Notes under the pieces: model-generated
The model's database searches: none
What the model was told of the DNA's origin: nothing
The model's input: the letters and a program-made list of their open reading frames with translations, nothing else
Translations under genes and position numbers: made by a program
Part shown: one piece after another, positions 26,377 through 42,780 of the stretch
Position numbering within the stretch: the stretch's first letter is position 1
How the letters are laid out: every line of letters starts with the position of its first letter
Source of the DNA: the human T2T-CHM13v2.0 reference genome, Homo sapiens
Direction: 5' to 3' (one strand)
DNA: 64,000 nt
NCBI RefSeq assembly: GCF_009914755.1
Contig: NC_060926.1

Positions 26377-28569
26377 ATCTCTCTTAACCCCCTTGGGCCA
26401 CCTCGTGCATTCTACTTGGGAAATAATTGCTTTAGAAACATGAACAGACACATTATGGGAGCTAAAACTCACTTAGGTTGGAATGTAATTTTCAAACAAA
26501 TCCATCATGCCACTCATGATCTATTAATCCTTGTCCTGTAGAATTCAAGCAACCACGTTAAAAAATGTGACCCCTACTGCCTGTAGAATTTCAACCAAAT
26601 TTTTATGCACACAAGTTTCTAGCACATGAAAGTGGTATGAATCAGACCAAAAACATACTTGTTCCAATTAAAAGGTGTGAAAAGAGCAAAGAGAAATGGC
26701 CTTTTATATTTACTCAACTCAGCAGCTGAGCAGTTCATTAGCAAATCCTGAAATGCACGTAGGTCATAAGCTCCAGGAATGTGAAGACTGTTTTATAAAG
26801 CAATCTTAGAAAGGCAACCTTTAAGTCAAAAGTACTATTCCCTGGTGAGGTTTATTAATTGAATCATTTGTTTACAAAAGGTGAACGTGGCTCTAAGTGA
26901 CAGTACTGTTTGCACAGTGGCACCAATATTAGGAAAGCTTATGTGTAATGCATTAGTAATGTAGAAAAAGATGCTGCCTGAGTCAGGGGTATTTGTTTAG
27001 CACATTGACATCCAGCAACTCCCTGAGCATGAATTGAATTAACTTATTAAAATTTAAGGTAGTCTTTAAAAATATTGCTAATGAGTACAGTGAAGTCAGG
27101 ATATTTACCACCTTCTCAAACTTGCCAGAGATTTAATGTGAGTCCTTGGCTGAATAATGGAAAAGGTTAAAAAAAAAATGGTGTGGGAGGGTGTTCAGTT
27201 CCCCCGTTTTACTTCTTTACTTCTTCTAGAATCAAGGTGAAATTTTACTAGATTTGATTTCTGGAATGAGGACTTAATAATTGTTGTCAGCAAATATTTT
27301 CTTTTATTTCAATTACAATTCCTTGTAGAGAATGTAGCAGGAGGAATAAATATACTGATTAAAGTTATCCTTTAAAAAATTTAGTTTTGCCTCATCACTC
27401 ACCAGTCGTTTTAATTTTCAGTAAACCAGCTCTGAGGTTGAATGAAAAGTTAACACATTTTGATTATTTGACTCCTATAAAATACAGAAATGTTTTTTTA
27501 TATGTGGAGATAATTCTATGCCCACTGAAAGATGTTTTCCCTTTCATAGAGAATGCCTTTGACAGACCATGCAGGTAGATGTGACTAACTCATAGTGGAC
27601 TGTGTGTGGAAGAGAAGCGTGCTGTTTTGTGCGAAGAGAAGCAGGCTTACCTTTTCTTTTTAGAGAGCTAGATCTAAATGATAGCGAAGTCTAGGGCCTC
27701 AAAAGGAAAGAAACCTAGATCATTGCCTGAATTACTGAGTGGAGGTGAGATGCCCAACAGTTACATCTACCTTGGACTGTTACATGAGCAAGAAATAGAA
27801 TTCTTATTGCACTTGAGCCATACATATTTGGCCTTCATGTTTTTAAATGTACATTTGGCCTTCTCTAATGAACACATTATACCTTTTAAATCAGACAACC
27901 ATGGGCCATCTAAGTCTGACCCCACCAGGGAGATAAAACTCCAACATCGATAATAGGGCATAATTACCCGGCTGAACTAGATCCAGACACTGACAGTGTA
28001 GAAAATATTCCTCTCCCTCATTCCTTCTGCATGTTCTAAGGTTATGTATAGAAGCATTTGTTTACCAACTAAGGGAGGGGGGATGGTTTTAGCTAAAAGT
28101 AAAAACCAATAGGAGAAAGAAGAGGATGGTATGAGGTCTGTTCTCTGTGGGAACAGTGGTTAGGCTGAAAACAACTCCTTTAACTGTCTAGGCACAAGGT
28201 TTGGATTTGAATTCTCATAAATGGAGGAGAGAATTAGAAACAAACAGAACTGTTCACCACTGGCCGGAAACTTGATAAGATGATAGATCTAAGTAGTTCT
28301 GTTTGGGGCCCAGGAGACAAGACCTGACCAAGAGTTTAAAGGATAGCTAATCTTCCTGCCTCTGTCCAGAATTTAACACTAACCAAGGGTAGCTTTGGGA
28401 ACACCTGTATACAGGATACTTGGCCTAGACATTGTCATTCTCAAAATGGCACCATCAACAGGAGTAATAGGCAGAAATCAACTGCCCTCCCTGACACAAC
28501 ACTAATGGCTGACAATATTTGCCCATCATTTTTCGGATGTCAAACACTGTTGTAAAAGTTTTATAGATA

Positions 28570-28808
28570 CAGGTTTTGAGTACCCCTAATCTGGAAACGT
28601 GAAATCTGAAATGCTCCAAAATCTGAAACTTTCTGAGTACTGACATGATGCTCAAAGGAAATGCTCACCGGAACATTTCAAATTTCTGATTTTCAAATTT
28701 GGGATGCTCAAATGGTTAAAATAATGCAAATATCCCAAAATTCAAAAAAAAATCCAAATTTGAAACACTTCTGGTTCCAAGCATTTCAGATTAGGGATAC
28801 TCAGCTTG
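28570..28808. mobile_element. Tigger4a/MER46 (Zombi) MITE
   Basis: TIRs CAGGTTTTGAGTACCCCTAATCTG / CAGATTAGGGATACTCAGCTTG, TA on both sides, ~240 bp. Confidence 0.9.
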
Positions 28809-28829
28809 TATCTCAACTATTCCTGGTAA

Positions 28830-29020
28830 CATTACAATGAGGTCGTAATTACTAGAGAGGTAGGGAGGTAGTATTATTTCTGCTTTATAAATCAGGAAAT
28901 GGATACAGAGATTGAGTAACTTGTGCAGTGCCATGTAGCTATGAGTGACAAAACTAGGATTCAAATCCAGCGAGTCTGAATTCAGAGCCTGAGTTTGTAG
29001 TTGCTGTACTATACTCCTCT
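28830..29020 (-). mobile_element. MIR SINE
   Basis: GAGTAACTTGTGCAGTGCCATGTAGCTATGAGTGACAAAACTAGGATTCAAATCCAG. Confidence 0.8.
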
Positions 29021-29741
29021 CTACCCCACTATCCACAGGGAATGAGTTTCCCAGAAGCAAGGAAGCCTATTACTAAAATAAGCTTTCCAGTCTTAAGAGA
29101 TCAACAAGCCCTTCTAGAAATAATCAGAAACACTTGGAGAGGGGATACTACATGGAATTTCAGCCAGGTAGAGGCTGCAAATCATAATTTGGGCAAAAAC
29201 ATAAACACCACCCCTTTCAGTAGTCATGGTCTTGTGAGTCTACGGTACTTCTGCATTTCATTAACTTATCCGTTCCTCTCTAGGTCACAGTCAATATGAT
29301 TACACCACAAGTAAATAAATGACATAGATTTAAAATACCAGACGTTTAACTGTAGGGGAATAAATTAGAATAGTTGAAGCAGAGTTTCACGGTATTTTTT
29401 TTTATTATTAAACAACCTCGGACACTTATATTTAACACAGGAAATAGTAAGGAGAAAGAAGAAAACTGTGTATTAGGACAGTGAAAGAAAAAATGGATTT
29501 CTGTAGTGACCAATGCTGTTACTCATCTAACTGTTCCTTTGGGGTGAAGGGTGACTTCCTGCATGAATGTCTTATTTATGTGATTATACATGACTAATGG
29601 GGCCAATCTGGCCACATATTTCCCTAGGGAATGGGTGGACCTGGGCGGTTAATTTCATGTGTTGTTTCTGCTGATCAAATTTTTCTCTTTTTGTAGTTGA
29701 AGGATTGAAAAATACTTCATTTCTTGCTGTGGATTTTTTAT

Positions 29742-30000
29742 TCTCCTTTTTCAATATTAGGGATGATAAGCCATAGGTGTTTTGAATCCTGGACTTCTAA
29801 TTTGAGCTGCCTAAATGACTGTGATGGTGAGGCTTAGAGGATCAAATCACCATGGTGTTCTGCTCCCATATTTACCTGGGTAATTGGCCACCTGGGTTTC
29901 ATATCCCAACTCCTAAATATTACCAAGGAGCTCCTAGTAGTATCTCACAACTGCTAAGAATAATTATCCATTGTAAGGCTCTGTGCTTTTTCTAGCTTCC
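29742..30000 (+). repeat. Left arm of a diverged inverted duplication (partner 31171-31405)
   Basis: 29845-30000 aligns by hand to the reverse complement of 31171-31325 at about 80% (roughly 31 differences in 156 nt); weaker similarity extends outward. Confidence 0.9.
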
Positions 30001-30608
30001 ACACTTGCCCTCTTTCAATCTACACAACAGTCAGAGTGAGCCTTTTTTGTAAAAGATAAGTCAGATCTAGTTACTCCCCTGCTGAGTACTCTCAAATGCC
30101 TTCCCAGCATGCTGAGAATAATATCCAAGGACTCTAGAAAATCTGCCCTTGGCTGCCCTCTCCTCTCGCCCTTTCTGGGCCTCTGCTCCTATGGCCCTGG
30201 CCTTTTTTTGCTTCAATATGCCAGCCTCTCCGCCCATCTGGTTTATCCCATAGTTTTCATCTGGCAGCTCTTCCCCAGATCCTCTCTTGGCTCACTCTCA
30301 CATGTCACTCAGGGCTCTACTCAAATGCCCCCTCATCAGAAAGGGCTTCCCTCACCAAGTCTTCTCAAATAGCACCCCTGGAGGATATGCAACCCCTTAA
30401 CCTCCCTCATTTGTCTTCATAGTTCTTATCTTTACCCAGCATTATAACAGATATTCTTGTTTATGTATTGTCTGTTTTTTCCAGTAGAATATACATTTTA
30501 TGGTATAAATTTAGCTGTTTTGCTTACTATTATATCTCCAGTGCTTATAAAAGTCTTGGCACGTAGTAGGTAATAAATAATATTTTGTCAAAAGAATGAA
30601 TGAGTGAG
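30001..30608 (+). mobile_element. L2 LINE 3' end
   Basis: AGTCAGATCTAGTTACTCCCCTGCT...TCAAATGCCCCCTCATCAGAAAGG...GGCACGTAGTAGG...GAATGAATGA tail. Confidence 0.85.
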
Positions 30609-30778
30609 AAACAGTGGTAGTTTTTGAAGTGATTGATTCATCGTGACTCTTTAAGTGTTCAAGATAGGTACACTGAAGTTGGTATTGGATTGGGGTATAT
30701 GGCTATTAATATGATCATTAATTTATTCATTCAACAAAATATTACTGTCTACAAAATGACAGACACTGTTCTGGATGA

Positions 30779-31156
<378 letters not shown>

Positions 31157-31170
31157 ACAATTTTTTTAAC

Positions 31171-31405
31171 AGAAGCTGGGAAAAGCACAGGGCCTTACAA
31201 GGGACAATTAATTTCGGCTATTGTGAGATATTAGTAAGAGCTCCTTGGTAAGTTTTGGGAGCTAGAATATAAAACCCAGGTTCCAATCATCTAGGTAAAC
31301 TTGGGAGAAGAACAACATGGTGATTCACTGACACTTAGAAAGATCAAATTAGAAGCCTTCACTCAATACACACAGAAATTACCCCTTCTAATATTAAAAA
31401 GAAAA
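31171..31405 (-). repeat. Right arm of the inverted duplication
   Basis: AAGAGCTCCTTGGTAA / TTACCAAGGAGCTC and TGTGAGATA / TATCTCACA, among others, are collinear reverse complements of the left arm. Confidence 0.9.
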
Positions 31406-32364
31406 AACCTAATTGTTTTGATTAAGTGACATTTCAAAAGAAGAAAACAAGAGAAGGATAGAGCATTCTGGGATGGTGTATAAGAGAAGGCCCTGTGATA
31501 AGGGGGCATTCCAACAGGAATCTGACGAAGGTAAGGGAGCGAGCATAGAGCGAAGAGAGGAGCTTTCCAGGCTCAGTGAAACACAGGTAAAAGGCCCAGA
31601 GGCAGGAGCAAGGAGGCCAGAAGGCCAGAGTGCAGTGAGTGAACTGGAAGGTAATAGGAGATAACTCAGAGAGGTGGTGGGCTGGGCCATGTAGGGCCAG
31701 CTAGATCATAACAGAGACATTAGCATGTACTGAAAGGGAGACAGCCTGCAGATGGGTGAATTTGGTCATGCTGGCAGTTTTGTTGAACTACTAGAAGGGT
31801 GTTAGGAAGTTATTTTTAGGGAGTTTTGGAGCTATTCCAGTAATCCTGGTGAGAGATGATGGTGGCTTAGAGCAGGGTAGTAGTGATAGAGGAGGTCAGT
31901 TTCTAGAAAAAATTGATTACCTGTGTCTTACCTGATTTATATGGCCATGTGGGCCTGTGGGCCTCTTCTGAGTGAAAGCTTATTTAATAGTTCCTTACAG
32001 TCTCTTTTATCTGTCCATAATGACTCTGCTACCATTTTGAGTATTTTTCACTCAAAGACTATTTCTGCAGAATTAAAACTAAACTAAGTGCTCATCTTTT
32101 GTTCACGGAGGTTTCATGTTCCAATGAGAACACTCAATAAATCCCTCTTTGATGCTTTTTTTTTTATACTTTAAGTTCTAAAGTACATGTGTACAACATG
32201 CAGGTTTGTTACATATGTATACATGTGCCATGGTGGTGTGCTGCACCCATTAACTCGTCATTTACATTAGGTATATCTCCTAATGCTATTCCTCCCCCTC
32301 TCCTCACCCATGACAGGCCCCAGAGTGTGATGTTCCCCACCCTGTGTCTAAGTGTACTCATTGT

Positions 32365-36186
<3,822 letters not shown>

Positions 36187-36249
36187 TATGATGTTAGCTG
36201 GTTATTTTGCTCGTTAGTTGATGCAGTTTCTTCCTAGCATCGATGGTCT

Positions 36250-37149
36250 TTACAATTTGGCATGTTTTTGCAGTGGCTGGTACTGCTTGTTCCTTTCCAT
36301 GTTTAGTGCTTCCTTCAGGAGCTCTTGTAAGGCAGGCCTGGTGGTGACAAAATCTCTCAGCATTTGCTTGTCTGCAAAGGATTTTATTTCTCCTTCACTT
36401 ATGAAGCTTAGTTTGGCTGGAACCTGATCTTTCTCTCTGGCTGCCCTTAACATTTTTTCGTTCATTTCAACTTTGGTAAATCTGACAATTATGTGTCTTG
36501 GAGTTGCTCTTCTCAAGGAGTATCTTTGTGGCATTCTCTGTATTTCCTGAACTTGAATGTTGGCCTGCCTTGCTAGGTTGCGGAAGTTCTCCTGGATAAT
36601 ATCATGCAGAGTGTTTTCCAACTTAGTTCCATTCTCCCTGTCACTTTCAGGTACATCAATCAGACATAGATTTGGTCTTTTCACATAGTCCCACATTTCT
36701 TGGAGGCTTTGTTCGTTTCTTTTTATTCTTTTTTCTCTACACTTCTCTTCTCACTTAATTTCATACAGTTGATCTTCAATCACTGATACCCTTTCTTCCA
36801 CTTGATCGAATTGGCTACTGAAGCTTGTGCATGCATCATATAGTTCTTGTGCCATGGTTTTCAGCTTCATCAGGTCATTTAAGGTCTTCTCTTTGCTGTT
36901 TATTCTAGTTAGCCATTTGTCTAATCTTTTTTCAAGGTTTTTAGGTTCTTTGCAATGGGTTCGAACATCCTCCTTTAGCTCAGATAAGTTTCTTATTAAC
37001 GATCATCTGAAGCCTTCTTCTTTCAACTCATCAAAATCATTCTGCATCCAGCTTTGTTCTGTTGCTTGTGAGGAGCTGCATTCCTTTGGAGGAGAAGAGG
37101 TGCTCTGATTTTTAGAATTTTCAGCTTTTCTGCTCTGGTTTCTCCCCAT
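36250..37149 (-). pseudogene. ORF1: L1 ORF1p (RNA-binding chaperone), disrupted, with an in-frame internal deletion
   Basis: ATG at 37149; WDYVKRPNL...TPRHIIVRFTKV...PALQELLKEAL; span 900 bp versus ~1 kb canonical. Confidence 0.95.
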
Positions 37150-38163
37150 CTTTGTGATTTTATCTACCGTTGGTCTTTGATGATGGTGAAGTACAGATGG
37201 GGTTTACGTGTGGATGTCCTTTCTGTTTGTTAGTTTTCCTTCTAACAGTCAGGACCCTCAGCTGCAGGTCTGTTGGTATTTGCTAGAGGTCCACTCCAGA
37301 CCCTGTTTGCCTGGGTATCACCAGCAGAGGCTGCAGAACAGCAAATATAGCAGAACGGCAAATGTCACTGCCTGATTCTTCTTCTGGAAGCTTCGTCGCA
37401 GAGGGGCACCCAGCTGTATGGGGTGTCAGTCGGCCCCTACTGGGCGGTGTCTCCCGGTTAGGCTACTTGGGGGTCAGGGACCCACTTCAGGAGGCAGTCT
37501 GTCCATTCTCAGATCTCAAACTCCATGCTGGGAGAACCACCACTGTCTTCAAAGCTGTCAGACGGGGGCGTTTAAATCTGCGAAGTTTCTGCTGCCTTTT
37601 GTTCAGCTATGCCCTGCCCCCAGAGTTGGAGTCTACAGAGTCAGGCAGGCCTCCTTGAGCTCTGGTGGGCTTCACCCAGTGCAAGCTTCCTGGCCGCTTC
37701 GTTTACCTACTCAAGCCTCAGCAATGGCGGACACCCCTCCCCCAGCCTTGCTGCCGCCTTGCAGTTTGATCTCAGACTGCTGTGCTAGCAGTGAGTGAGG
37801 CTTTGTGGGCATGGGACCCTCTGAGCCAGGGGTGAGATATAATCTCCTGGTGTGCCATTTGCTAAGACCACTGGAAAAGTGCAGTATTAGGGTGGGAGTG
37901 TCCCGATTTTCCAGGTACTGTCTGTCACGGCTTCCCTTGGCTAGGAAAGGGAATTCCCCGACCCCTTGTGCTTCCCTGGTGAGGCAATGCCCCGCCCTGC
38001 TTCAGCTTACACTCCGTAGGCTGCACCCACTGTCCGACAAGCCCCAGTGAGATGAACCCGGTATCTCACTTGGAAAGGCAGAAATCACCTGTCTTCTGCA
38101 TGGCTCACACTGGGAGCTGTAGACTGGAGCTGTTCCTATTCAGCCATCTTGGAACCTTCCAAC
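37150..38163 (-). promoter_or_regulatory. L1 5'UTR internal Pol II promoter (with antisense promoter) and YY1-type site
   Basis: GC-rich UTR; CAGCCATCTTGG at 38141-38152 is the reverse complement of CCAAGATGGCTG (YY1 core, CpG decayed). Activity not shown. Confidence 0.75.
37724..38050 (+). pseudogene. ORF0: Antisense L1 ORF0 homologue with a premature stop
   Basis: MADTPPPALLPPCSLISDCCASSE* then in-frame GFVGMGPSEPGVRYNL...; resembles the primate ORF0 N-terminus MAGAPPPASLPPCSLISDCCAS. Confidence 0.8.
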
Positions 38164-39619
38164 TGATGCTTTGTTTTAAACAATTTCAATTGTTTTATGT
38201 AGGTGAATTTAATTCAATATGAAAGACATTTGCTCTCCAGATTTGCAATTCTCAGTTCTTACCCACACTTCTGTTTCAGAAAAAAACAGTGCTAACCAAT
38301 AGCCATGTGGACTCAGTCATAAAGTTTTGAAAGAAGATGGAAACTCAGTGATCATTTCTATTAAAAAAAAAAAACTTTCCCTGAAACATTACAATTATCA
38401 TCATCTACTATGCATTAGATTTAGGGATTTTTATTTTAATGACTTTATAGAGATGCTTAATCTCACAGAGCTAGAATACTAATTACTGTACTATGTTGCA
38501 ATAGGAAAAACAGCAAATTACTGAAATTTTAATTAAGATATTCAGTTTTAAACAAGTGTGTAATAATTGACTTTGTGTGCAATAATTGATTTGTCATTTA
38601 AGCAGTAATTTTTTATGCAAATTGACTACTTTGTATGTGTGAACCAGTTATTGTAAAGTTAATTACTGAATATAATATCTTGCAGAACTGACTACCAAGA
38701 GTTTTTCTAACTGGCTTATCCATTCATGAGAAAGCTGGGTTTTTATGTACAGTGATGAGCTTTATAACCAAAAGAAATTAAACCACATTCTACATGCCTG
38801 CTAACTGTGCCTTTCATTGTAATTATTCTTTTCAAGTGCATTATAAACACTTTTCCTCAAGGCCTTCCATTAATGAATTTTCACAGTAACCCTAAAAGCT
38901 AGTTAAGTATTTTAAATCTTCCACATTTTGGAGATGTGGGAATTTAGTCTGTGACTAAATATTAAATATTTGGCTAATGTTCACTGTGAAGTATCACTAG
39001 CAATATTTACTAGTCTGGATTCCTTTATGAAAGGGGACAAGTCTGTATTGTATGTTTTTCTCTGGCAAATAGAGAAATCAAAGAGACAATTGAGGATAGT
39101 TATTAAGTCATAGACTAGAAGGGGGAGAATGCAGAAGACACATGAACATTTGTGCACATCTACATAGCTCGTGGCTGCAGATGGGCATAATAGCACAGCC
39201 ATGACAGGACTATAGAAACTTCTGGGAACTTCTTTAGGCCTTTTCAGGAAACTCCTCAGATCTTTTGGTCATCTTACCTGGATTTCTGGACTAAGCCTTA
39301 TGATATCATTTTCTCTCAATTCTCGGTGCTTGGCCTAAAGCTTGCCACTAAAAGAAGCTTCACAGTTAATTCTTTTAAAACAATTTTTGAAGCCAAAATT
39401 GGCCCAATAGCTAACTCTCATATAATTAACATTGTATTTATTATATTTTACTATATGAAAATGATTTGACATGCAACATATCATGTGATTATTATGCCAA
39501 CTGAGTATACTAATTAAGAAAATATTATTATTATCATCTAATAAATAGGAATTTAAAATGTAATGCACTGAAGTTACTTCCCAAATGTATCTACTCAGTG
39601 ACTGATTCTGAGAAGACTA

Positions 39620-39965
39620 AAAATTGCTAACTCTATTATTTTAGTCATCTTTGACTCTTCCTTTTATCATAATCCTATAGGACCTACCATCAAGATATTG
39701 CCAAAACCTGAGCTTTCTCTTTGCCTCCACTGCTAACCTCCTAATCCAAGCCACCATAATTTTTCATCCAAATTATGTACTATCCTCCCAACTAGCCTTC
39801 TTGCTTCTGCCATGATTCCTTTTCTCAGCAGAGCAGCCCAAATGATCCTTTTGAAAGGTAAAGGTAAGTCAGGTCATGTCACTGATTTACTCAACAGCTT
39901 CCAGTGGCTTCCCATTTGGACTCAGAGTAGAGCATAATGTCCTTATGATGACATGCAAGTTCTGG
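39620..39965 (+). mobile_element. L2 fragment
   Basis: CCTAATCCAAGCCACCAT...GCAGCCCAAATGATCCTTTT...TCAGGTCATGTCACT...CCAGTGGCTTCCCAT. Confidence 0.8.
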
Positions 39966-40084
39966 GCTTCTCTATTTGCTCGATAGGCTTTGCACTGTGT
40001 ATGTGTGCACTAGGCTGAACCAGCTAATAGAGGTTAAAATCAATTTATTAAACTGCATGTTCTGGTGAATGACTAATGTGTACC

Positions 40085-40255
40085 TTTTTCTTTCTTTTTT
40101 AAAATTAAAAAATAAATTAAATTTTGTGGGTATATATTTATGGGGTACATAAGATGTTTTGATACAGGCATGCAATATGAAACAAGTACATCATGGGGAA
40201 TGAATGGGGTATTCATCCACTCAAACATTTATCTTTTGAGTTCCAAACAATGCAA
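40085..40255 (-). mobile_element. Short L1MA 3'-end fragment
   Basis: TATATATTTATGGGGTACATAAGATGTTTTGATACAGGCATGCAAT...GAATGGGGTATTCATCC. Confidence 0.85.
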
Positions 40256-42604
40256 TTTTTGTGCACCTTTTTCTAAGTCTCACAGAGTTGCCATATGGGC
40301 CAGCAGAAGCCCTTCACTCAGCCACCTATAATCTTTCAGACCTTACTTCCCATCATTGATGCCCATCCTAAACCCACTCAAAGTCCATCTCTCTGGCCTA
40401 GCCACAGTGACCTCCCTGCTCTTCCCTGAATGTAGCAACATTCAGGTATCACATGAGCAGTGCCCTTTGACTATACACATGTAGGAGAAGATGTGATGGG
40501 AATTTTTATGATTTTATCAAGGTTGTCACTTCCTCAGAAAAGTTTATCTTTGCATAGGAAGTTATCACTTCCTATGCAAAGTTTATCACTGATCAACAGG
40601 GGCTAAATAGCCTACAGTTTCCAGAGGAAAAGAAACCTGTAGGAAGACAAGTCCAGAGAGATTAAGGTGGTCTCCATGTAGACACACTGACAGGGAAAGG
40701 CAAGGCAGCTACTGAAATAAAATGATGTTGAGGTTAATAAGGAGGAATTATTCCAGTATATCCTTTAAGACTCAACCACTTTGGCATGGTATGATGTTTT
40801 GGGAAAAGAAAATGACAGAATATGTGGGTGTAACCTAAGGCATCTGATAATCTCTGGGGCCCCAGCACACACTATTATGACCTTTGTAAGAACTGGAGTC
40901 AGCAAGAGGGTCACTGCGGAATGTACAAAGTCCACAGAGCTGTGTAAGAATCAACTTCAACAGCAGAACCATGTGGCAGCATTATACAATCTCAGTAGAG
41001 GCTAATTAAATTTTCCACATGTAGCTATGGAAAGTAACCAGAGAAAGGAAATAGGAATAGACCCTTTTGCACTGAAAAAATAAAAAGAATTTACTTGCAA
41101 AAGCTATAGTGACTTATGCCTGTACTTTATCAGCCAGTTCTGTTAAGGACTTTGATACTCATTGTTTAAGAACTTCTTAGGCCCCTAAGAGGTAAGATTA
41201 TTGCATAGACTCAGAAACTATGTGTTCCTGAAGCCATATGTATATACACACATACACAAAGACTATATATAATGCAAAAAAGAAGTTTATATCTACATCT
41301 GCTTCTTGGTATAAGAAAGACATTTTTTAAGATTGTGAAGAGTATATGCAAAGTATGCATTTTCAAGGACTTCACGGTTTTCTGGAAGCCCTCCTATAAA
41401 TTCTGTGATGTCCACTAATACATGCTATCTCCTTCTCTGTAGATATTTTTATGTTGGGCTCTATGCAAGAGAATACTAGAAAGACATGGGGAATTGATAG
41501 CTTAAGGTAGATTTTCCCAGTGTCAGGTGATAACCAGAAGGACTGGCAACCATAGATCCCACAGTTAAAGTGGTCAACAAGATCTTTGGGAAAGGTGTGC
41601 AGTCCCAAGTTACACTCCCAAATCCACCAAAATTAATGAAATAGTAAGACTTCATTTCCATTGAAACAGGTGGAGAGCTCCAACTTTAAAGCGCAGACCC
41701 CAAAGAATACCTGCTGGACATAAGACAAGGTTGAAAGAAGTTTAGCAGGATGCTTGTAATTGGGCCACATCTTTTTCTATCTAGAGAATAGTACAGCACA
41801 CAGGAAAAGAAAAACAATATATTTTTGAATAATTGATTAAGATATTCAACTTGAAACAAATGAAATTGGAAATAGAAAACACTATATTTGTGGTAACTTT
41901 CCCTGCTGCTGAACAGAAATGACAGCCAGGACTGAAGCAGAAACAGTATACTCAGTGACATTTTTATTGACTTGGCTTTCCAACATCTAAGCGCATGCTG
42001 AAAGTTAAGTTTGTGAGAAGAAAAGAGATATAAAACAATATCCTGTAACCAGCTTCATAATTATAGAAGACCAGTATCATCTGAAGAAAACAAAATGTAC
42101 TGTGGATTTATAGTTTACACTTGTCATCTTGCTAATTTTCCCTGCTGAAGCCAAAGCTCAAAAGCAGGCCAAATCCTCCAGAGGGTCTCCGTTCCCATCG
42201 TGGAACAGAACATACTGCTAGTTTAGAAGGACTAGAGGTTTAAAGAGATTTAGAGGAAGGAAAAAAAGGAACCAAGTTTCAAGACTAATGGTACTCCTGG
42301 CCCCAGCTTCCATAGTACTCTCCTCAACCATCCCAAGTCCTAACACAGACTAGAGAAATTCAACATTCAAAATTTTAACCTCAATTTTGAGGGGAAAATT
42401 TATAAAAGATCAGATAAAGACATGACAGAATCAAAGAGTTTCTACTTATATTCTTTGTGCACAATTAGGCCACTCATGTAGGACTTAAACTAAAAAAAAA
42501 TAAAACTAAGAGGGAGAAAAAATCAGTATGTTATCTGTGAAAAAATTCTTCAACCACAAAGTAGGAGAATATGGCAAGCAAAAGACAGTTAAAACACACA
42601 GTTG

Positions 42605-42732
42605 TATAGCATTAGAAGATATACCAAATGTAAATGACGAGTTAATGGGGGCAGCACACCAACATGGTACATGTATACATATGTAACAAACCTGCACGTT
42701 GTGCACATGTACCCTAGAACTTAAATTATAAT

Positions 42733-42775
<43 letters not shown>

Positions 42776-42780
42776 TTAAG
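42605..42780 (+). mobile_element. Very short 5'-truncated L1PA (about L1PA3-5) with a (TA)n-converted tail
   Basis: ATGTAAATGACGAGTTAATGG...GCACATGTACCCTAGAACTTAAA, then (TA)n; TSD AAAACAC(AC)AGTTG at 42591-42604 and 42781-42792. Confidence 0.95.
42736..42772. repeat. (TA)n microsatellite
   Basis: About 18 perfect TA units. Confidence 0.98.
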
